Shown here: piece after piece, positions 1-12,473 of the stretch
Numbering within the stretch: the first letter of the stretch is position 1
How the letters are laid out: each line of letters starts with the position of its first letter
Origin: Dendrobates tinctorius
Taxonomy: Eukaryota
DNA: 64,000 nt
Direction: 5' to 3'
Assembly (NCBI RefSeq): GCF_039654945.1
Contig: NW_027361677.1
Span: 19,964,001-20,028,000, forward strand
Position numbers and translations under genes: made by a program
The notes under the pieces: model-generated
Databases searched by the model: none
What the model saw: the letters and a program-made list of their open reading frames with translations, nothing else
Told to the model about the DNA's origin: nothing

Positions 1-2366
1 CTGAGGTACCCTGACAGCAAGAGGAAGAGGAGATGACGTGGAGCCAGAGAACAAAACACTGAAGGAGCGGTCAGAGAGATAGGAAGAGAACCAGGAGAGT
101 GCAGTGTCCTTAATGCCTAGTGACTGGAGCCTAGAGAGTAGGAGATGGTGGTCAACAGTATCGAAAGCTGCAGATAGGTCAAGAAGAATGAGCAGAGAGT
201 GGTCACCATTACGTTTTGCTGTCAGAAGGTCATTGGTCACTTTGCTGAGTGCAGTTTCAGTCGAATGTAGGGGGCGGAAGCCGGACTGTGAAGGGTCTAG
301 AAGGGAGTGAATGGAGAGGTAACGGGTAAGGCGGGAGTAAACTAGGCGTTCCAAAAGTTTAGAGATGAAGGGGAGATTGGAGACTGGTCTGTAGTTGTTT
401 GTGCAGGATGGGTTGAGAGCAGGTTTCTTTAGTAATGGAGTAACGATGGCGTGTTTGAAGGAGGATGGGAAAATGCCCGAGGAGAGGGAGAGATTAAAGA
501 TTGTAGTTAGGTGGGTTGTGACGACTGGAGAGAGAGACTGGAGGAGATGTGAGGGAATGGGGTCGGTAGTGCATGTAGTCGGATGAGAAGAAGAGAGGAG
601 TCTGGAGACTTCTTCTTCTGTGATGGGATCAAATGTGGAGAGTGAGCCAGGGGAGATGTAGGAAGGGATGGGAGTCACAGCACTTGGTGGTTGGGAGCAG
701 ATTTCTTGACGGATATTATCTATTTTTTCTGTAAAGTGGGAGGCCAGGTCATCAGCACAAATGTCTGTGATAGGGGCTTGTGCTTTTGGCCTGAGGAGGG
801 AGTGAAAAGTGTCAAAAAGTTTCTTGGGGTTGTTGGCTAGTGAGGAGATCAGGGTGGTGAAGTAGGTCTGTTTGGCAAGGTGAAGGGCAGCGTTATAGGT
901 TCTTAACATAAATTTGAAGTGGATGAAGTCTTCTGGTGTGCGGGTTTTTCTCCATAGGCGTTCAGCACTCCTGGAGCATCGCTGGAGAAGTTGAGTTTGC
1001 GATGTGAGCCAGGGCTGTTTTACTCTGTGTTTGGAGGTTCTGAGGGTGAGGGGAGCTACTTGGTCAAGGGTGCTTCTAAGAGTGTCATTGTAGTGATGAA
1101 CAGCCAGATTAGGACAGGAAAGAGAGGAGATTGGGGACAGAGATGAGTGTAGGGAATCTGAAAGTGTCTGAGGGTTAATAGCTTGTAGATTTCTGACTGT
1201 GTGGTAGGTAGGAATGAGCTGGGGTGGGCGAGGATTTGTGAGCGTGAAGGAGAGAATGTTGTGGTCAGAGAGTGGAAGCGGTGAGTTGTTTAGGTGGGAG
1301 ATTGAACAGAGCCGGCAAAAGACCAGATCAAGGGTGTTACCATCCTTATGTGTCTCAGAGGTTGAAAGCTGTGAGAGGCCTAGAGAGGTGGTTAGTGATA
1401 GAAGCTGGGATGCAGATGTGGAATTAGGGCTGTTAATGGGGATGTTGAAGTCTCCCAGGATGAGGGTTGGTAGTTCTGAGGACATGAAGTGTGGCAGCCA
1501 GGCTGAAAAGTGGTCAAGGAAGTGGGTGGGTGAGCCTGGGGGCCGGTATATGACCGCTACCCTGAGGGAGAGGGGACGGAAGAGCCTGATGGTGTGGACC
1601 TCAAAAGAAGGGAATAAGAGTGATGGGACTGGGGGATGACCTGGAAAGTGCATTGTGGGGAAAGGAGTATGCCAACTCCACCACCAGGTCTGTTTGTGGG
1701 TCTCGGGGAGTGAGAGAATTGTAAGCCACCGTAGGAAATGGCAGCAGGAGAGACAGTGTCAGAATCCTGAATCCAGGTTTCAGTGAGGGCCAACAGATTA
1801 AGAGAGTTGTTCAGAAAGTAGTTGTGTAGGAAAGGAAGCTTGTTACAAGCAGACTGTGGATTCCAGAGGGCACAATTAAAAGATTGAGATGAGGGAGTGC
1901 AAGTAATGTTAATCAGATTATTGTGGTTTCGATATGAGGTAGGGTAGGGGTTGAGGTTGGGGGATGGTGGACCAGGGTTGGGGAAGATGTCCCCTGAAAT
2001 CAGTAGGAGAAGGAAGATAAAGAGCCAATAGTTGTTTGAATTGTAAGTAGTTTTTTTCTGCGATGTGTTTGGGCAAGATGGGCTGAGGTTTCTCAGGAAG
2101 GTGAGGAGTGCATGGGAGCTGTACATGGGAAAGGGAAGTATAGAGGGGCTGATGTGTATGAGTCGTGATGGAGGGGGGATGGGGTGGTGAATGTGGATGG
2201 CAAGGGAACACAGGAGGATAAAAATAAAGCACATGGTTAAAGGGGAAGGCAAAGTGTGGGTTACCTGACTCCTGCCCTGATTAACTGCCATGTATAACTG
2301 CCGTTTTGCTGGATGCTTATCTTCTGTGATGCTTTGCTTATGGGATGCTTGCGTGCTGTACCCCAC
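1..2366 (-). mobile_element. L2/CR1-group non-LTR retrotransposon ORF2 (APE endonuclease plus start of RT), frameshifted, continues past window start
   Basis: Minus-strand translation gives APE motifs ([62 protein letters not shown]) and RT motifs near 150-290 ([30 protein letters not shown]). A 1-nt frameshift lies near 1630 in a G-run. Confidence 0.92.
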
Positions 2367-2667
2367 ACTGCGTGCTTCCCCTTAGCAACTACTACAAATA
2401 TAGGCCACACTACAGGGTCAGGAGAGAGGGATTGTGGGAGATGGTTGGGTATAATTTGGCAGCTGGGGCCAGCACACCAGGGGATGGTTAGATGATCAAA
2501 GGCACTAGACCAAGATGTGGCAAAATGCTATAGCACCTTCCACCTGATAAGATCTAGAAAGGCCCCAGTCACAGATCTAAAGCAGTAAGTATTACATACA
2601 GTGCAACAAATGAATTATACCAAAGCTTTAGCAAGCACATTTAAATATGCAGCAAAATGGTAAAGCA

Positions 2668-4560
2668 TTAAAAACACATGTGACATGCACAATGTGAACA
2701 AGTCTGTTGGACCATGTTCACTCCACCCTGACTGAAACACAAACAAAAAGCACAGAATGACAAATGTGCAAAAATACCTTGCAATAAGACATATAACAGT
2801 AGTCAGCAAGTGCTGATAAAAGGTAATAACAAACACAGGGTATTTAGTCTATACGTTTTTTTGCAAAAAAATGTATACCAAGCTGCCTCACCAACGTCAA
2901 GGTAACCCGTATTGAAGCAGTCCCTATCTAATGTATTTAATACCTGAACATATGAACTGTGTCTAAATGAGCAGGATTAAGACAGGCGCTTTCTGGTATG
3001 GGCACGTGATGCAAGACAGCTCCTTATGTGCATGTCACACAAGAGAGGGGTGGGGTCTCTCAAATCATGCATAAGCATGAAAAAAACTGGATTAAAAACA
3101 CATGTGACATGCACAATGTGAACAAGTCTGTTGGACCATGTTCACTCCACCCTGACTGAAACACAAACAAAAAGCACAGAATGACAAATGTGCAAAAATA
3201 CCTTGCAATAAGACATATAACAGTAGTCAGCAAGTGCTGATAAAAGGTAATAACAAACACAGGGTATTTAGTCTATACGTTTTTTTGCAAAAAAATGTAT
3301 ACCAAGCTGCCTCACCAACGTCAAGGTAACCCGTATTGAAGCAGTCCCTATCTAATGTATTTAATACCTGAACATGCATGCATGATTTGAGAGACCCCAC
3401 CCCTCTCTTGTGTGACATGCACATAAGGAGCTGTCTTGCATCACGTGCCCATACCAGAAAGCGCCTGTCTTAATCCTGCTCATTTAGACACAGTTCATAT
3501 GTTCAGGTATTAAATACATTAGATAGGGACTGCTTCAATACGGGTTACCTTGACGTTGGTGAGGCAGCTTGGTATACATTTTTTTGCAAAAAAACGTATA
3601 GACTAAATACCCTGTGTTTGTTATTACCTTTTATCAGCACTTGCTGACTACTGTTATATGTCTTATTGCAAGGTATTTTTGCACATTTGTCATTCTGTGC
3701 TTTTTGTTTGTGTTTCAGTCAGGGTGGAGTGAACATGGTCCAACAGACTTGTTCACATTGTGCATGTCACATGTGTTTTTAATCCAGTTTTTTTCATGCT
3801 TATGCATGATTTGAGAGACCCCACCCCTCTCTTGTGTGACATGCACATAAGGAGCTGTCTTGCATCACGTGCCCATACCAGAAAGCGCCTGTCTTAATCC
3901 TGCTCATTTAGACACAGTTCATATGTTCAGGTATTAAATACATTAGATAGGGACTGCTTCAATACGGGTTACCTTGACGTTGGTGAGGCAGCTTGGTATA
4001 CATTTTTTTGCAAAAAAACGTATAGACTAAATACCCTGTGTTTGTTATTACCTTTTATCAGCACTTGCTGACTACTGTTATATGTCTTATTGCAAGGTAT
4101 TTTTGCACATTTGTCATTCTGTGCTTTTTGTTTGTGTTTCAGTCAGGGTGGAGTGAACATGGTCCAACAGACTTGTTCACATTGTGCATGTCACATGTGT
4201 TTTTAATCCAGTTTTTTTCATGCTTATGCATGATTTGAGAGACCCCACCCCTCTCTTGTGTGACATGCACATAAGGAGCTGTCTTGCATCACGTGCCCAT
4301 ACCAGAAAGCGCCTGTCTTAATCCTGCTCATTTAGACACAGTTCATATGTTCAGGTATTAAATACATTAGATAGGGACTGCTTCAATACGGGTTACCTTG
4401 ACGTTGGTGAGGCAGCTTGGTATACATTTTTTTGCAAAAAAACGTATAGACTAAATACCCTGTGTTTGTTATTACCTTTTATCAGCACTTGCTGACTACT
4501 GTTATATGTCTTATTGCAAGGTATTTTTGCACATTTGTCATTCTGTGCTTTTTGTTTGTG
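2668..4560. mobile_element. Non-coding retroposon-like insertion: about 1.7 copies plus about 2.8 inverted copies of a 424-bp monomer, with a 14-bp TSD
   Basis: Period of 424 bp (GAGACCCCAC at 3391, 3815, 4239). Inversion junction at about 3375-3378. AAAATGGTAAAGCA at 2654-2667 and 4561-4574. Confidence 0.85.
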
Positions 4561-4591
4561 AAAATGGTAAAGCAGCAGAAGTATGGAGTTG

Positions 4592-5284
4592 TACCATTTG
4601 GATATATTACAGCAGAGAATAGAGGCAGCAGAGGTGGGAAGTTGTATCATTCAGGCTGCTTGCTGGCAGTGAATGGAGTAAATACATGCAGGGTGGCTCA
4701 GTTGATTACCATTTGGATATATTACAGCAGAGAATAGAGGCAGCAGAGGTGGGAAGTTGTATCATTCAGGCTGCTTGCTGGCAGTGAATGGAGTAAATAC
4801 ATGCAGGGTGGCTCAGTTGATTACCATTTGGATATATTACAGCAGAGAATAGAGGCAGCAGAGGTGGGAAGTTGTATCATTCAGGCTGCTTGCTGGCAAT
4901 GAATGGAGTAAATACATGCAGGGTGGCTCAGTTGATTACCATTTGGATATATTACAGCAGAGAATAGAGGCAGCAGAGGTGGGAAGTTGTATCATTCAGG
5001 CTGCTTGCTGGCAGTGAATGGAGTAAATACATGCAGGGTGGCTCAGTTGATTACCATTTGGATATATTACAGCAGAGAATAGAGGCAGCAGAGGTGGGAA
5101 GTTGTATCATTCAGGCTGCTGCTGGCAGTGAATGGAGTAAATACATGCAGGGTGGCTCAGTTGATTACCATTTGGATATATTACAGCAGAGAATAGAGGC
5201 AGCAGAGGTGGGAAGTTGTATCATTCAGGCTGCTTGCTGGCAGTGAATGGAGTAAATACATGCAGGGTGGCTCAGTTGATTACC
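4592..5284. repeat. Tandem repeat, 6 x 115 bp; probably the 5' end of the L2 element
   Basis: TACCATTTGGATATATTACAGCAG... recurs at 4592, 4707, 4822, 4937, 5052 and 5166. Confidence 0.9.
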
Positions 5285-6760
5285 TGTCGTTCGTCACACT
5301 TACGGGCGACTAACGGGGGTCCCGCTGCCACCAAAACGCGACGGACAGCGGACCCTGTGTCACCACTATGTCACGGTCCCACCACTGACACGGGTGTATC
5401 AGCGGACGGAGGGACGAGACACAATGCCGGCACACGGCTATCACAGGCGCAGTTGGGGCTTATCTTAGTTATCCCACCAGTGGCACCATGTGACAAAAAT
5501 ATCCAGCAAGCTACTCTCGCTCTACAATTTGCCGCAGGGGGAGTTTAATTTGGATGCCCCACCACTGCTATCAATCTTCCAAGTACTGCGGGGATTTATG
5601 TATATCCCACTTTCTCAGTTCCACTTTGGAACTCGCAGCTCTCCGGCGCCCCCCTTACCCTCAGGTCAGTCAGGGAACTGCACCTAGGATAATTAGTCGC
5701 CGGACGGACTGCCTGTTGTGAACCGGCAATTGGGCTTCTGCAGTAAGGGAATTATCAATGCTGTGGCCGCAGCCCCTTATTCAGCAATATAAGACCCTTC
5801 TGTACTGCCAGCAAGCCGCAATAGCCATACACAACGCGCTGCCACCTGTCACGGTTACTTAATTCACAGTGTTAAATTAAGAGGGTCCGTGGCAAACCCC
5901 TTGAATTAGTAGCGATTATCTATCAAAGGCGTATAGTTCGATTCTTAGAGCATAGAGACAGAACTAAATAATTTTATCATTTATTTTCCGAAAGAGGACA
6001 GTGATTACAGATCAAAGTTGCTATAAAATTGAGACATAAAATATGTACATTAGACAAGTATAAAGCAAAGTGGATGAAAGAAGAAGGTACACTCACATTT
6101 AGTCAATTGTTGTTAGGCATCCCATGTGGCTTTAAGGGGGGTGGAGGCGGAGCTGCACGTCTCCACTCATCTGGGTTCTGCTCAGCACAAGGATTGGAGC
6201 TCTTCTGTCTGTCAATACATATTACCAAAGACATATCACACTCCAAATAAGGAGGGGTCTCATACATTACAAAATCCTCCTTCACCCTCTCAGATAAACC
6301 TTGTAAAACCTGGCTTTTCAACTCTGGGTCATTCTACTATGTACCTGTGGACCAGCGCCGAAACTCAGCACAGTAATCCTCTGCCGCTTGCTCGGTCCCC
6401 CTGGTGCAGAGAATGTATCTTAAACTTGGCCATTGATGCTCTGAGGATCATCATAGATGAGCCCGAGAGCCGAGAAAAATCTGTCCACTGTCAAAAAAGA
6501 CAGGTAATTAAACAGAGGAGTGGGGTCAAAGACGAAAATACAACTTACACGCTTCTCTGAAAGTAATAAACCAACCGCGCTCCCCCAAAAATCTCAAAGA
6601 GGAAGCTTGGGTTCCAGAGCAGATACATCTTGTGTATCAGACTGAGATCACTGCTGAATCTCCTCCTTTAATTCAGAGACCTGTAGAGACCAAGCCTGCA
6701 TTTGGCTCACAAGAGCCGTATCCTGTTCCATACTGAAGTGTAGGGAAAAGAATGGCCAGC
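5285..6760 (-). mobile_element. LTR-retroelement fragment (leader, PBS-like site and LTR); right boundary uncertain
   Basis: The minus strand reads ...CCGTGACA|GGTGGCAGCGCG at about 5847, like an LTR end followed by a TGGTGGCAGCG-type PBS. A second GCTGCCACCA lies at about 5323. No coding remnant recognised. Confidence 0.35.
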
Positions 6761-7577
6761 AGTAATGTCACGGTGTGACTACAGGATAGCAAATGTGTAC
6801 CTATACTGACCCTCGCTATAGCTGTCCCCAAGATTACCCCTGAAGGTTGGGATGCCTGGACCTCGTTCCTTACTATGCTCCTAAGTAGCACTAGTCGGTG
6901 CAGTGTATGGGGGGAATACAAACAAGACAGACAGGGCAAAACAGAAGCACCGTCAAACAGCACTCTCCCAGGGAAACATACAAAGGAATATAAATTGTAA
7001 AGCCTGAGAGGAAACAAAGCAATATAAAGATAACTAGGGAAAAGGAAAGGATTAACCAAACACAAACTTTTCAAATAACCACTAATAACCGGGATATGTC
7101 CACCTCTCCAGACCCAGATAGAGAAACTATTGGAGACATTAACTGAGCCAGTTTAAATTGAGAAAGAGCAGGCATGACTGGTTCTCTCACAGCATGTGCC
7201 CAAAGGCAAGTAATAACCTCAGCCCAGCGACTTAACTCTTACCTGCATAGGAGCTTCAGCTCTAAGACTCAATGCCCTAGTCACCAAGCGCTGATTATAA
7301 ATAGCAACTACATGGAGGCCCGATGCTATTGCATCGGGAGGGCGGTAATGTCACGATGGGGGCAGGCTTTACAGCATTGAGAATCTCTTGCCCCCCCCAT
7401 GTGCTCACCCACCTATTCACTCTCTTTCCCCATGTGCTGACTTCTCCCGTCTGTGCTCTCTTCTTTGACCTGTCTACCCCATGTGCTATCCCCCTTGTCT
7501 GCTGCCTGTGCTGTGTTCTCCCCTCATGTGCTGTCCCGTTTGAGCTGTCTCCCCCCTGTGCTCTGTCTCTCTCACCC

Positions 7578-7868
7578 CTGTGTCTGACCGTGCACTGAAC
7601 ATACCACAGCTCCTGGGCAGGGGAGGAAGCGAAAGACAATACTGACATTACAGCAGGCGATCGCAGAGGATACATTTTGTAAGGTAAAATATTGTTTAAA
7701 AACAGTCAGTGAAATATTTTACTGCACAAAATGAATCCTCTGTGATCCCCTGCTGTAATGTCAGTATTGTCTTTTGCTTCCTCCCCTACCCAGGAGATGT
7801 GATATGCTCCTTACACGGTCAGACACAGACAATTTTTTAAATGAACTTTCGTTCGTGGGAAAACCCCT
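7578..7868. mobile_element. Palindromic MITE (T2/Kolobok-like), left end degraded
   Basis: Long internal inverted repeat; ends ...AAACCCCT-TTAA; same family as 23379-23939. Confidence 0.6.
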
Positions 7869-10800
7869 TTAATGTGACCAGCTTCCTCTGCCTGTAGACA
7901 CGTCGCGCATCTGCCGCCGGGATCAGCTGAATGATTCACTGCACCTGCGCGGAATTTGCGCAGGCGCTAGTATAGACACTAGATGCTAACTGTGTGTATG
8001 ATGATGGATGTATGGACTTGCAAATGACTCATTATGATTCCCCTCCCTCTGATATTACGTATGTGGACAGGGAACTAGTGTTAGAGTCAGCGCCAGTCAG
8101 TGGCACGTTACAGGCCACGGTCTCCATCTTCACAGTGCTAGCGTCCGGCAGTGCGCCTGTCCGGGCATTGTCGTATTGTGGCTAGTTTAGTCGCCGCGCT
8201 GCAGTCAGCAGCAGTTGGGGCGTTCGCGGTAGCAACGCCGCACGCACGGTAGGTCAAGACGGACTTTGACCCAGAGTCTAGGGCCTAGTCCTGTGACCTT
8301 TTACCGTGTGCACACCGCCGAGTCCTGTGAGGTCGACAGGCTTCGGTATTCATGTTTATGTTTAAAGCGTTTCTGTGATTCAACAGAGTACGCTCCGCAC
8401 ACAATGGGTGACGTTCAACCCGCGTGCGTTATACCGCCATATAGCGCGTCTGCCATTAGCAAGCAGCGGTGTAACACCTACTGCACGGTGGACCCCGGGC
8501 GGCGAATACACTTATTTATTTATTTAGTGCGCTCCGCCATCCTTAACAGCTAAACTCTGTATTTCCAAAAAAAAATAAAAAATCCCTCCCGACGCATTTC
8601 TACCTCAATATCGAGGAGTTATCAGGTAAGTGTAGATGTTTGGGGGGGAAACCTAGTGGTCTGAAAGTAGGTGGTGATTTAGACTTGCGCCACATTGGGA
8701 ATATCACAATTTTATATATAATAATGAAAGTTATGTTTTAACATGCAATCTGTTTTTGCTGGTTGCTGACTATTTTCTGATAGATTTACAGTATATCTGA
8801 CAATACGGAACGGTTGTTTATTGCTGTAGCTCCTTAGATCGGATCTGCCTATTCTTTGCTCTCCACACACATCATTGACCCTTGGACACCCATGTCGTTG
8901 TCGCACGGTCACCATTTTACCTTCCTTGGTCTACTTTCGGTAAGCACTGACCACTAGATACCAAAAACACCCCACAAGAGCTGGAGTTTTGGAGTTGCTT
9001 TACCCATTCATTTTGACGTCATAGCTTCACTCTACCCAAAGAGCCTCAGTTCCTTTCGTTTGCCCATATCTCCTGCTTCAAGTACTGACTGTTCACTTGA
9101 TTCCTGACATTTCCGACCCTTTGACAAAATAATCAATGCCATCCGCTCTACCTGTAGTTTTATTGTAATTGAGGAGCACTGACGATTTGATGGCAGTTCC
9201 ATGTTTACGGCTGCTTTAGATATGACAAATGTTTGGCCAAAGTTAACGAGTAACCACTTTATTGTAAGTCCACGTGATGGTTCCATCATCAATGTTTTAT
9301 TACTGTATCATCTATGAGATAAAGTGATAATTATAATCTGTCAGTGGTATAGTCACCGCTTCTCATCTATCAACAGAACACTCAAGAAGAATATGATTTC
9401 AAAGAGTTTCTCCATGCAAAGGGCCACAGACAGAAGAAGACCCCTGGGAAAGAACAATATAGGTGCTGTTTGCTGTACAATAGTACCTCATAACGCACAA
9501 TTCCATATGTTTTGGAGATCGTAGTGACCCCCTTAGCTCCTGGGCCCTTGTGAGGCTGCACAAGTTGTACCAATCATATGTCGGCCCCTGAAGAGGCCAT
9601 TAGTGGTCCTCTAACACTACGTACAGGTGCCAGAGTCAGCAAGCAATGTCTGATAATAATGATGTCTTTGTACTCCTGTAAATCATCCTACAATCCATCC
9701 CACAGGTTGGGGTCTTGTAGAGTTTGCCAGCCACTGATTACAGAACAAAGAAAATCTTTTAGCCTTTTCGAAATCAAGAAAATCAGAAAATAAACACAAA
9801 AACTTGATTTAAATACTAGGTTGTCTTCTGGAGATACATTAATTTTGACCCATTAATGACCAGATTGGACTATCAATCTAATTCTCCATTGCATATACAC
9901 ATTAGGGGCACCTTTCTACAAAGCCAAATAATCCTACCAGGAAGATGGCAGCTACTCAACAGTCAGTTTTCTTTTTCTCGTGAAGTGATGCCTTGGAATT
10001 TTCCAGAGACTATCTTGACTGTGTCAAGTTATAGTCATAAAAGCATGAATTGCTTTTTTGGTTCCAAGAGAAACATTGTGACATAGAGAAATGTTCTGTT
10101 TATGTTCAGCCTGAGAACAATCTCCACTCATGTCGTCGCGTAAAGTCAAGTTAATTTAGACTTTGTGTCTATTCTTCTTCTCAAGATTTAGTTCACACAT
10201 GGCATATTTTTGCAGAAATGTGTGCGTCTATGCCATTTTTGCAAACATAGTTTGCACAAATCTACATGCTTGTAAATAAACTACCCTGTTCAGATGAGCA
10301 AACCTGATATCCAAACTTCTGAATCAAATCATCCATGTGTGAATTCCCTTGAAATTATGGATGTGGTAGGTGGAGGATGATCCTTTAAATATAATGTAGG
10401 ATATTGTGACCCTTGTGGAAGGACAGAATCGCTCACATGGAGCCATGAACTTGGTGGTTACAATATTACAGAAGGCGACGCGCTTGATGGTTTCAACAAT
10501 CCCAAAAGAGACAGGGGGTTGACTTTGGACACTTTGCTGACTTTTCTGAAAATGACACTTGTTGCTCATCCTCCTGAAGTTTGGTGTGATAGTAGGTGAC
10601 CCATTGGGCACGCAGGGCGGTACAATGTGCCTTTCACTTGATATGTAAGGTTATGTGCCCACAGAGTTTTTTTGAAAAGTTTTTAGAGCAGAAACTGAGC
10701 GGAAACTGTCCAGAATCTTCTAAAAAATTTGGAGTTTCTGCTCCAAAAAAGATGTTTCACGCACATACCCTTAAAAAAGGGGTTTCCTGAGATTTTATAG

Positions 10801-11249
10801 AAACACTCCGAAAATAGAAAATATTACCAAATGCTCAGCTCCAATGTTTACTGGTGGTCCCCGCTAGCCCTATATTGATAATACCCCTGTCTCATTCATG
10901 TGGTCGCTGCTACCAAAGATGGGTATACATATGCATGTATGGCTCTTGCCTTTGACATCAGTGATGGACTGCAGCGGTCACTTGAATGAAGGAAAGGAAG
11001 TCATTACTACCGGACAGGCTGGGACCACTAAAGCATTGGGGGATTCGACTAGTAAGCACTGGTTATTTCTTTATATTATAACATTCCCTTCTCTTGATTT
11101 ATAAAATCTTTGAAACTGGTGTGATTGATAGAGTGGGGTCCTGAGACCCTATATGACAGCTGTATACCTTAATAAGTTTCATTGATAGTGAAGCTTCAAT
11201 CATAGTCTATGTGCACAGAATGATCTATTACGGATCGTTTATAGGGGTA

Positions 11250-11782
11250 TCAAATATAGCGTGGCACTACCGCAGGGTGCGCAAGTAGGTTACCCAGACC
11301 AAAGTGAATAATAAAGTAACTTGGCACTCAACTGAATAATCCTTTGCAAATTAGATTTATTTTATAATTTATTGCAGTCCTGGAAACGTTTCGGCCTATT
11401 ATCGGCCTTCCTCAGTCTGCCGACTGCTATCGCGAAATACTAATCCGGTACCCAGCTGACGAGCGGGGGAATACCGCGTCCCACCTGTGTATGCCACCTC
11501 CATATCTAAACAAGCTTCATATGGACCCAATTACCTCCTGGACTATACAGCACTAGTTTCAAACAGATTAAGCGTCCATGATACCTCCAAGGAGATTTAT
11601 ACATTTCTCTATGTATGGTTAGATATTCCTTTTTGCAAGGCATTTAAATCAGTATATCCACTCTTATAATAATAGGAGATACCATTTAGATCAACATGAC
11701 ATTCTGAAATCTCCATAGGAATCCTTACTTGGGTACCGGATTAGTATTTCACGATAGCAGTCGGCAGACTGAGGAAGGCCGA
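11250..11782 (-). mobile_element. Short Penelope-like (PLE) insertion with an inverted terminal segment and a 16-bp TSD
   Basis: ATCGTTTATAGGGGTA at 11234-11249 and 11783-11798. The segment at about 11731-11782 is the reverse complement of about 11402-11453. Contains a hammerhead motif. Confidence 0.75.
11374..11427 (-). ncRNA. Minimal type I hammerhead ribozyme (Penelope-type)
   Basis: Minus strand: GCAGTC-GGCAGA-CTGAGGA-A-GGCC-GATAATA-GGCC-GAAA-CGTT-TCCAG-GACTGC. This has the CUGAnGA core, stem II, GAAA and a palindromic ACGU stem III. Confidence 0.7.
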
Positions 11783-12473
11783 ATCGTTTATAGGGGTAGT
11801 CTTATGTCAGACGTTCGTGGCTTATCCACAGGATAGGCACCAGTCCCATGTTGGTAAATATCCAGGCAGAACTTAGTCCTCTGTAGCCGCAGTTGAAGTG
11901 GCGCAAGACTTTATGACCACACTTGGCGATCATTGTGTTGGGATCATATTTTTGATACTCATTTTATTGCAATTGTTAGAACTAATCACAAGTTCCTGAG
12001 AAGCACCGAGTTCAACACCAATACTTGATGGGGATCTTCCTTTTCCATTAAGTTTTTACTTTGACTGTAGTTTGTTATAAAACAATGAACCGCAGCATAC
12101 TCTACTTACTCGGGTCCACCGGCGAGCCTCTGCCACGGCTCTAAGTGTTTGGGTCTGGCAGTGGCTTTAGCACTGATGTCCTGGTCACAGTACAGAAGCC
12201 AATCAGTGAGCTCAGCGGCTCTTAGAAGGGTGTTCTGTCTACACTTGCAGAGCCGCTGACCTCACTGATTGGCAGGCGCACTGTCAAGGTGACGTCAGTG
12301 CCAAAGCCAATGCCAGACATTGGAAGAAACAGCATAGAAGGAGCAGCCGGGGTACAACCCTAATTCAAAGGGAACAACCCTTTCTAAGGAAATCTGTCTA
12401 ATAGAAAATGGAGTCCAAACTGAAGGTTTTAAAGCAAGAAGACACAATCAGACTGTATGGTTTTGTAGGAAAA

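Noticed and set aside
2541-2585. Hammerhead-like CTGATAA-GATCT...AGATC-TAAA
   Set aside because: Both core boxes are mutated and there are no convincing stems I or III.
2615-4737. Repeated 66-91-aa hydrophobic ORFs (MFVITFYQHLL...)
   Set aside because: They start at GTG, have T-rich composition, and recur only because of the 424-bp monomer; no recognisable domain.
6765-8550. Possible solo-LTR fragments
   Set aside because: TGTCACG starts and composition are suggestive, but I could not define paired ends or a TSD.
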